A DNA stretch of 64,000 bases, taken from assembly GCA_965240335.1 (NCBI GenBank), contig CBDEKM010000018.1:73417-137416 (forward strand), in the 5' to 3' direction. Source of the stretch: a bacterium. Its GTDB lineage: Bacteria > JAAXHH01. This document shows, one piece after another, positions 57,297 through 64,000 of the stretch; positions within the stretch are counted from its first letter, which is position 1; the number at the start of each line of letters is the position of its first letter. Below the pieces are notes generated by a model. That model did no database searches. It was not told the origin of the DNA and saw nothing but the letters and a program-made list of their open reading frames with translations. The position numbers and the translations under genes are program-made.

Positions 57297-58847
57297 ATGT
57301 CCATGTCCGACAAAATGAAACACCTGGACGCGCTGCGAAAAAAGGCGGGCGAAGGCGGCGGAAAGAACCGCATCACCCGGCAGCATGAGGCGGGGAAATG
57401 GACCGCCAGGGAACGGGTAGCCTTTCTTCTGGACGAAGGCAGTTTCCAGGAGATCGGCGCGTTCGTGACCCACGATTGCCGTGACTTCGGCATGGAGGGA
57501 AAGGAAATACTCGGCGACGGCGTGATCACGGGCTACGGTACGATCGACGGCCGAAGCGTCTACGTGGTCTCCGAAGACTTCACCGTATTCGGCGGATCGC
57601 TGGGCCAGGCATACGGAGAGAAGATCTGCAAGGTCATGGACCTGGCGATGAAGAATGGCGCGCCGATCATCAGTTTCAAGGATTCCGGAGGCGCGCGCAT
57701 ACAGGAAGGGGTGGTCAGTCTCGCGGGCTATGCCGACATCTTCCTGCGCAACGTGCTCGCGTCCGGAGTGATTCCGCAGATTTCGGTGATCATGGGACCC
57801 TGCGCGGGTGGCGCGGTCTATTCACCGGCGATGACCGATTTCGTATTCATGGTAGAGGATACCAGTTACATGTTCATCACCGGTCCGGACGTCATCCGCG
57901 CGGTCACCCACGAAGAGGTGACCTTCGACGAACTGGGCGGCGCGCACGTCCACAATTCCGTAACGGGCGTGGCTCATTTTTCGGCGCCTGACGAACCCGC
58001 GTGCCTGTCCATGGTGAAAGAACTCCTGGCGTACCTGCCCGCTAACAACATGGAGGATCCACTCCGGGTGGCTCCCACGGACGACCCCGACCGGATGGAC
58101 GAGGAACTCGCCGGTATCGTGCCGGATGACGCCAACAAACCCTACGACATAAAGGATGTGATCCACCGGGTGGTGGACCTTGACAGCTTCTTCGAAGTGC
58201 ATGCCGAATTCGCCGCCAACATCGTCGTGGGATTCGCCCGGTTCAACGGCCGGACCGCCGGAATTGTCGCCAATCAACCCGCTTCGCTTGCCGGCGTGCT
58301 GGACATCGACGCGTCCGTGAAAGGCGCGCGGTTCGTACGATTCTGCGATGCCTTTAATATCCCCCTGGTCGTTTTCGAGGACGTACCCGGGTTTCTGCCC
58401 GGCGTCAGCCAGGAGCATGGCGGCATCATCAAGGAAGGTGCAAAGCTGCTATACGCGTTTTGTGAAAGTACGGTGCCGCGACTGACCGTGGTCACGCGCA
58501 AGGCATACGGCGGGGCATACTGCGTGATGAACAGCAAGCATATACGCGCCGACATCAACTACGCCTGGCCGTCAGGACAGTTCGCGGTCATGGGTCCGGA
58601 AGCCTCGGTGAACGTGCTTTACCGCCGGGAACTGGCCGACGCGGATGATCCCGATGCCCGAAGGAAAGAGCTGACTGCCGAATTCCGGGAGAAGTTCGAC
58701 AATCCCTATGTCGCGGCGAAAATTGGGTATATCGACGAAGTGATCCAGCCCCAGGAAACCCGTCCCCGAATCATATCCGCGTTGGAGATGCTGAAGAACA
58801 AGAGAGATACGAATCCACCCAAGAAGCACGGGAATATCCCGCTTTAA
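57297..58847 (+). CDS. acyl-CoA carboxylase carboxyltransferase subunit (propionyl-CoA carboxylase beta / methylmalonyl-CoA carboxyltransferase family)
   Basis: 516 aa; both CT N- and C-subdomains; conserved PCCB-like N-terminus. Confidence 0.9.
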   Translation: MSMSDKMKHLDALRKKAGEGGGKNRITRQHEAGKWTARERVAFLLDEGSFQEIGAFVTHDCRDFGMEGKEILGDGVITGYGTIDGRSVYVVSEDFTVFGGSLGQAYGEKICKVMDLAMKNGAPIISFKDSGGARIQEGVVSLAGYADIFLRNVLASGVIPQISVIMGPCAGGAVYSPAMTDFVFMVEDTSYMFITGPDVIRAVTHEEVTFDELGGAHVHNSVTGVAHFSAPDEPACLSMVKELLAYLPANNMEDPLRVAPTDDPDRMDEELAGIVPDDANKPYDIKDVIHRVVDLDSFFEVHAEFAANIVVGFARFNGRTAGIVANQPASLAGVLDIDASVKGARFVRFCDAFNIPLVVFEDVPGFLPGVSQEHGGIIKEGAKLLYAFCESTVPRLTVVTRKAYGGAYCVMNSKHIRADINYAWPSGQFAVMGPEASVNVLYRRELADADDPDARRKELTAEFREKFDNPYVAAKIGYIDEVIQPQETRPRIISALEMLKNKRDTNPPKKHGNIPL

Positions 58848-58855
58848 GAGGGTAC

Positions 58856-60370
58856 ATGATCCGGAAAATACTGATCGCCAACCGGGGTGAGATCGCCGTC
58901 CGGGTGATCCGCACTTGCCGGGAGATGGGCATCGAGACGACGGCCGTTTTCTCTGAAGCGGACCGAACCGCGCTTCATGTCCAATTTGCCGACGAGGCGT
59001 ATTGCATTGGTGACGCGCCGTCTTCGGAAAGTTACCTCCGCATGGAGCGAATCATCGACACTGCTCGAGAGGCCGGGGCAGACGCGATCCACCCGGGATA
59101 TGGATTTCTCTCCGAGAACGGGGATTTCGCCGATCGCTGCACCGAGGAGGGGATTACGTTCATAGGCCCCTCTGGCGATGCCATGCGGACCATGGGAAGC
59201 AAGACTTCGGCGCGTAAGATCATGGGTCGGGCCGGGGTGCCGGTCGTACCGGGAACCGAAGAAGGAATCGAAAGCGACGAAGATGCGCTCGGCGTGGCGG
59301 AATCCATCGGGTACCCGGTCCTCGTCAAAGCGGCCATGGGCGGCGGTGGCAAAGGCATGCGCGTCGTGGAATCCCCGGCCGATCTTGCCGGTGCCCTCCG
59401 TGCAGCGCGGTCCGAGGCACAGTCCGCCTTCGGCGATGACACGGTCTACCTGGAAAAGTACCTGGAAGAACCCCGTCACGTGGAATTCCAGGTTCTCGCC
59501 GACCACCACGGGCGCGTGGTTCATCTCGGCGAGCGGGAATGTTCGATTCAGCGCCGCCATCAGAAACTCATAGAAGAATCACCCTCATGCATACTCGACG
59601 ATACATTGAGAAGCGCCATGGGCGAAGCAGCCGTCAAGGCAGCCGAGGCTGCAGGGTACACCAATGCCGGTACCGTGGAATTCATCGTGGACCGAAACCG
59701 CCAGTTCTATTTTCTCGAGATGAACACCCGCCTGCAGGTCGAGCACCCGGTCACGGAGTTGAGAACGGGACAGGACCTGGTCAGGAGGCAGATCGAGATC
59801 GCCGCCGGCATGCCCCTGCCCTACAAGCAGGAGGACGTACGGTTGCTCGGCGCGGCCCTGGAATGCCGCATATCCGCCGAAGACCCCGAAGCGCAATTCA
59901 TGCCATCGGTGGGCGTGGTTACGCGCCTGGGCGAGCCAGGAGGACCCGGTGTCCGTCTGGACAGTGGTTTCTGCGCGGGCTACGAGGTACCTATCTACTA
60001 TGATCCCATGATCGCCAAGCTGATCGTATGGGCCGAGAAACGGGAAGAGGCCATCGCCCGCATGAAAAGGGCCTTAAGCGAATACGATATCGGCGGTATC
60101 AAGACCACCATTCCATTTCACATTCGTGCCCTGTCGGATCCCCGCTTCACCTCCGGCGATTATTCAACGTCCTTCGTCGAAACCATGGGTCCTGACAAGG
60201 ATGCCGGGGTCGATGAGCGACATATCGCCGCCGCCTTTGCGGCGATCGTAAAACACCGGGAAGCGAAAAGGGCGATACCGGCCGGGATCGCCGGGGATGG
60301 TTCAGACGGGTCCAGGGAAAGTCCGTGGAAGCTGACCGGCCGGCGTGACGCCATGAGAAGAGAACGATGA
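58856..60370 (+). CDS. biotin carboxylase subunit
   Basis: 504 aa; ATP-grasp; MIRKILIANRGEIAVRVIRTC... canonical AccC N-terminus. Confidence 0.9.
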   Translation: MIRKILIANRGEIAVRVIRTCREMGIETTAVFSEADRTALHVQFADEAYCIGDAPSSESYLRMERIIDTAREAGADAIHPGYGFLSENGDFADRCTEEGITFIGPSGDAMRTMGSKTSARKIMGRAGVPVVPGTEEGIESDEDALGVAESIGYPVLVKAAMGGGGKGMRVVESPADLAGALRAARSEAQSAFGDDTVYLEKYLEEPRHVEFQVLADHHGRVVHLGERECSIQRRHQKLIEESPSCILDDTLRSAMGEAAVKAAEAAGYTNAGTVEFIVDRNRQFYFLEMNTRLQVEHPVTELRTGQDLVRRQIEIAAGMPLPYKQEDVRLLGAALECRISAEDPEAQFMPSVGVVTRLGEPGGPGVRLDSGFCAGYEVPIYYDPMIAKLIVWAEKREEAIARMKRALSEYDIGGIKTTIPFHIRALSDPRFTSGDYSTSFVETMGPDKDAGVDERHIAAAFAAIVKHREAKRAIPAGIAGDGSDGSRESPWKLTGRRDAMRRER

Positions 60371-60395
60371 AACCCCTCCTGCCGCCTGCTGTCCG

Positions 60396-60929
60396 ATGCA
60401 AGAGACATCGAAAGGGTTAAAATTGGGATATCTCGTCACGATACAGGGTACGACGTACACGGTCAGCCTGGATGAACGGGAAGGCCAGGTCGCGCTGAGT
60501 GTCGATGGCAGGTCGTTTGAGATCGACATGGTCTCTCTTCACGGAGATCATTCGTACTCCCTGCTCATAAATGGAAGGTCCTATACGGCGGTTGCGGCCA
60601 CCCAGGGCGAACATCGGGAGGTCACTGTCAATGGCGTATCCTCCGACGTTGCCGTGGAAGACGAGGAACTGGCCCGGTTGCGCGGTCAGGTCAAATCTAA
60701 GCGACGCGCCGGCGGCGAACAGATCAAGGCGCCCATGCCCGGCCGCATCGTGTCGGTATCCGCTGCCGTGGGCGACACGGTGGAGACCGGCCAGGGCGTG
60801 GTCGTCATCGAAGCCATGAAGATGGAAAACGAACTCCGTGCCCACGCGGGCGGAACGGTTAAGGAAATCTTGGCCCGCGAAGGAGATACGGTAGACAAGA
60901 ATACCGTACTTGTGGTCATCGGGGACTGA
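60396..60929 (+). CDS. biotin carboxyl carrier protein (biotin/lipoyl attachment domain)
   Basis: 177 aa; EAMKM biotinylation motif (VIEAMKMENEL). Confidence 0.85.
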   Translation: MQETSKGLKLGYLVTIQGTTYTVSLDEREGQVALSVDGRSFEIDMVSLHGDHSYSLLINGRSYTAVAATQGEHREVTVNGVSSDVAVEDEELARLRGQVKSKRRAGGEQIKAPMPGRIVSVSAAVGDTVETGQGVVVIEAMKMENELRAHAGGTVKEILAREGDTVDKNTVLVVIGD

Positions 60930-60962
60930 TCGGTCTTAGCCAGGTACAGAAAGGACAATTTC

Positions 60963-61877
60963 ATGCGTCTGGGTGTGGTGGGATACGCGCCGGGAGATCC
61001 CCGGGCCGTCAAGGTATCGGACTTGCAAAAGGCCTTGGATCTGGGCGTTACGTCCGTCTGTTATCACGGTCCCGGCGAGATCCTGGACGAGCTGACGCCG
61101 GCGGACTGCGACCGAGTCAATGATTTATACGATAACATGGGCCTGGAACTGGCCCAATTGGGCATAGGGTACAGCGAATGCCTGTTCGACCCGGACGGGG
61201 CGGTACGTGACCGGGTGGTACGGACCATTCACCGCGGCCTGGAAGTGGGAAGTTCGCTCCGGGCACACAATGTATTAATTCGGACTGGCAGCCTGAATCC
61301 GTCGGGATCCTACGACCCCGCACCCGAGAATCACGAACCCGGGCGTCTCGAGGTGCTCATCGACACCCTGTCGCGTGTTGCGAAGAAGGCCGAGGAGGAA
61401 GGGATGACCATCGTGGTCGAGACCCATGCGCTCACGATCATGGGGTCGCCCGAAATCAACAGGCAGGTAGTCGACGCCGTCGGTTCGGATCGTCTGCGCG
61501 TGGTCATGGACTTCGTGAACCACTTCCAGTCCCTGGCGCAGGTGTACGACAGTACGGAACGAATAAACCGCATCTTCGATTACATGGGGCCGATCTCGCC
61601 GATCGCCCATGTGAAAGACATCAGCCTGGGATCCGGACTGGTACTCCACATAAACGAAGAAGTGCCCGGCGCCGGCGAGCTGGACCTGGCCACGGCCGTG
61701 CAGCGCTGGGAAGCGCTATATCCGGACGGCTACATGCTGGTGGAACACCTGCCCGAAGAAAAGATCCCGATGGCGGTTGAGGGTGTCCGGCGCATCGCGG
61801 CAGAGGCCGGGGTGGCTATAGTTGACCGGGAGCGGGTTAACCTGAATAACCCAATCACTCACGAGAAATCATCATGA
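60963..61877 (+). CDS. sugar phosphate isomerase/epimerase (xylose isomerase-like TIM barrel)
   Basis: 304 aa; AP_endonuc_2 fold hallmarks (…IVVETHA…, …LVEHLP…). Confidence 0.8.
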   Translation: MRLGVVGYAPGDPRAVKVSDLQKALDLGVTSVCYHGPGEILDELTPADCDRVNDLYDNMGLELAQLGIGYSECLFDPDGAVRDRVVRTIHRGLEVGSSLRAHNVLIRTGSLNPSGSYDPAPENHEPGRLEVLIDTLSRVAKKAEEEGMTIVVETHALTIMGSPEINRQVVDAVGSDRLRVVMDFVNHFQSLAQVYDSTERINRIFDYMGPISPIAHVKDISLGSGLVLHINEEVPGAGELDLATAVQRWEALYPDGYMLVEHLPEEKIPMAVEGVRRIAAEAGVAIVDRERVNLNNPITHEKSS

Positions 61878-62455
61878 GGCACACCACAATTGTTCTTTTC
61901 CTGTTTATTATGGCAGGATGCGGCGGCAACGATAAACCCACCGCACCTGAAACGCCCGACCCACCCGACCCACCCGAACAACCACCGGTCGTTATGCCTG
62001 ATTCGCCTTTCGCGGATATAGAGCGGGAAATCCTGGCGGGCATCAACGTATACCGGGGACAGGGTGGCACGTGCGGCGATGAATCCTTTGATCCATCTTC
62101 TCCGCTTTCCTGGGACGGCGACCTGGCCGAAGCCGCGAGGGGCCACATGGAGGACCACCTGGCAAACGATCTTACTTCCGAACCGCATACCGGATCGGAT
62201 GGATCAAGCTTAGGTGATAGAGTGACGGCTGCAAGCACACGGACGGCCTGGCTCGCCCTCGGTGAGAATGTAGCCTACAGCCAGGGAACACCACGCAACC
62301 AACTGAAAGAAGCCTGGCTGACCGCATGGCATGAATCGCCGGTCCACTGTAGAAACCAGCTCCACCTTGTTTTCAACCGGGCCGGTGTGAGCATTGGGAC
62401 AAGGGCCGGGCGACATGTAGGCGTCGTCGTATTCGGCCAGAAAGCCGGGGCATGA
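61874..62455 (+). CDS. CAP/SCP-domain secreted lipoprotein
   Basis: 193 aa; lipobox (IMAGCGG); Pro-rich linker; CAP domain (…ENVAYS… …HESPVHCRN…). Confidence 0.75.
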   Translation: MRHTTIVLFLFIMAGCGGNDKPTAPETPDPPDPPEQPPVVMPDSPFADIEREILAGINVYRGQGGTCGDESFDPSSPLSWDGDLAEAARGHMEDHLANDLTSEPHTGSDGSSLGDRVTAASTRTAWLALGENVAYSQGTPRNQLKEAWLTAWHESPVHCRNQLHLVFNRAGVSIGTRAGRHVGVVVFGQKAGA

Positions 62456-62459
62456 TCGT

Positions 62460-64000
62460 CTACAGATCCAGCGTTGTCTTTACTTCTTCCGCCAGCCCGC
62501 TTCCCAGCGGTACATCCTTCATCAGCCCCGTTCGCCGTACCTTCAGTTCCACAACGCCCTTCGCGACTCCTCGCGCACCTACGGTCAGCCTGATCGGAAT
62601 CCCCATCAAATCCGCGTCGTTGAATTTAACGCCCGCCCGGTCGTCCCGGTCGTCGTAGAGCACTTCCAGTCCCGCCGAGGACAGGGTGTCATAGACCGAT
62701 TCCGCAACTTCCGTCACATGCGGATCGACGCCGGACAGGTCGATCAGGACCACCTGGAAGGGTGCGATGTTCACGGGCCAGCAGATTCCGTTGTCATCAT
62801 GGTGGCGCTCCACGATGGACGCCATGAGGCGGTCTACGCCTATGCCGTAACATCCCATGACCATCGGGCGAGAAACATTCTGCCGGTCCAGGTACCTCGC
62901 GTTCATGGCCGTACTGTACTTGTCCCCCAGCTTGAAGATGTTGCCGACTTCGATGCCCTGGTCAGCCTGGAGGATACCGCCACAGGACGGGCAAGCGCTG
63001 CCATCGCCGGCCGCGGCGATGGCAGCGACGAGATCGGCTTTGTAGTCCCGGCCGTAATTCACATTGGCGAAATGATAGTCTATCCGGTTGGCTCCGGCGA
63101 CCAGGTTGAAACTGGAAGGTATCAGATCGTCGACGACGAGAAGCACCCCGGACCGATCGATGCCGAGCGGCGAGCCGAAGCCCGGTTCGGCTCCCACGTC
63201 CCGGATCTCTGCCGGCAGGGCCGGCCGGAGTTGAAGCGCTCCGACGGCGTTGGCCAGCTTGTTTTCGCCGAGTTCCATATCACCCCTCAGCACCGCGAAA
63301 ACGAACCGGTCCTCCGGCACGCCCTGCTCGTCCGCGATGGTGGCGACCATGAACAACGCCTTGGCGGTCTTCGACGCTGGAATATCCAGAAAACGGGCGA
63401 GATCGTCGATCGTGGCGGTGTCCGGGGTGTGGATCTCTTCGATCGGCAACGGTTTTTCCGGGGCCGGAATTTCTTTACCAAAACGGGCGACCTGCCTGTT
63501 GGCCCGGTAACCGCATGCTCCGCAGGACAGGATCGTGTCTTCTCCGGACGGCGTGAGTTCGATGAATTCATGGGCGTCCGAACCGCCCATCATCCCCGGG
63601 TCGCTGCTCACCGCGACCGCTTCGAGTCCGCAACGGCGGAATATGTTGCAGTAGGCCTGATAGACCTTCTCGTACCAGACGTCCAGGTCCTCGGTATCCA
63701 CATGAAAAGAGTAACCGTCCTTCATCGTAAACTCGCGTACACGGATCAGACCGCCCCGGGGGCGCGGCTCGTCCCTGAACTTCGTCTGAATCTGGTAAAG
63801 CAGGCACGGTAACTGCCGATAGCTTCTGACCACGTCGCGAATCAGCGATGTCACCACTTCCTCGTGCGTCATGGCCAGGCAGAGATCCCGGTCGTTTCGG
63901 TCCTTCAGCCGGGCCATGTCGCTGCCAATCTGTTGCCAGCGGCCGCTTTCCCGCCATAGGTCCGCGGGTTGGACCACGGGCATGGACACCTCCTGCCCTC
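62460..64000 (-). CDS. proS: proline--tRNA ligase, N-terminus beyond window edge
   Basis: ORF runs to the window end; class II aaRS motifs and ProRS-specific regions; the anticodon-binding C-terminal domain is present. Confidence 0.85.
   Translation of the reverse strand, partial: GQEVSMPVVQPADLWRESGRWQQIGSDMARLKDRNDRDLCLAMTHEEVVTSLIRDVVRSYRQLPCLLYQIQTKFRDEPRPRGGLIRVREFTMKDGYSFHVDTEDLDVWYEKVYQAYCNIFRRCGLEAVAVSSDPGMMGGSDAHEFIELTPSGEDTILSCGACGYRANRQVARFGKEIPAPEKPLPIEEIHTPDTATIDDLARFLDIPASKTAKALFMVATIADEQGVPEDRFVFAVLRGDMELGENKLANAVGALQLRPALPAEIRDVGAEPGFGSPLGIDRSGVLLVVDDLIPSSFNLVAGANRIDYHFANVNYGRDYKADLVAAIAAAGDGSACPSCGGILQADQGIEVGNIFKLGDKYSTAMNARYLDRQNVSRPMVMGCYGIGVDRLMASIVERHHDDNGICWPVNIAPFQVVLIDLSGVDPHVTEVAESVYDTLSSAGLEVLYDDRDDRAGVKFNDADLMGIPIRLTVGARGVAKGVVELKVRRTGLMKDVPLGSGLAEEVKTTLDL

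Noticed and set aside
1-64000. CRISPR arrays, transposases, integrases, phage genes
   Set aside because: None recognised. The only short repeats are the in-gene microsatellites and the folP-rnz triple repeat

Overview
The window is a high-GC (~63-65%) bacterial chromosomal segment, densely coding on both strands with many ATGA/TAATG-coupled operons. Most large ORFs antisense to real genes in the six-frame track are GC-driven artefacts.

Main blocks, left to right:
(1) A conserved housekeeping array on the minus strand: tRNA-Arg(ACG), tadA, tRNA-Ser x2, tRNA-Ala, SRP RNA (ffs), dnaX, ybaB, recR, pgsA, pgpA.
(2) A tightly packed seven-gene minus-strand operon (10-25 nt gaps, one ATGA overlap; only the 115-nt gap after the first gene is larger): enolase-superfamily dehydratase, cupin, KDPG aldolase, GalU-like nucleotidyltransferase, GHMP kinase, LarA-family protein, gamma-CA/hexapeptide protein.
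(3) A peptide-type ABC operon (dppB, DUF368, dppC, SBP) with no ATPase genes, then an MBL-rhodanese fusion.
(4) The conserved array tRNA(CAU), tilS, hpt, ftsH, folP, followed by rnz.
(5) An APC permease, a CorA-like protein, and an Fe(III)/thiamine-type ABC system whose permease gene carries a +1 frameshift.
(6) DUF502, a CdaA-CdaR fusion (c-di-AMP synthase with its regulator domain), and a PBP5-type D,D-carboxypeptidase.
(7) A small membrane protein followed by DUF4159, a promoter-driven coiled-coil protein, and a ribose-type sugar ABC system.
(8) A ~1 kb AT-rich (~40% GC) island wedged between convergent genes. It encodes a 215-aa N-terminally membrane-anchored protein translationally coupled to a 38-aa peptide ending in nine consecutive prolines. 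This is the strongest candidate for a horizontally acquired, undescribed two-gene system.
(9) SDR, a second family-5 SBP, SulP, a YedK/SRAP protein with an in-frame (GRS)3 microsatellite, and a membrane protein with a ComEA-like 2xHhH lipoprotein.
(10) tRNA-Pro and a sugar-acid cluster (IlvD/EDD dehydratase, isochorismatase-like, amidohydrolase-2 lactonase).
(11) gltA, ispG, an ECF sigma/anti-sigma pair, and a 690-bp noncoding region.
(12) A DapA-family aldolase, a three-subunit acyl-CoA carboxylase (CT-BC-BCCP), a TIM-barrel isomerase, a CAP-domain lipoprotein and a partial proS.

No CRISPR array, transposase or integrase was recognised.
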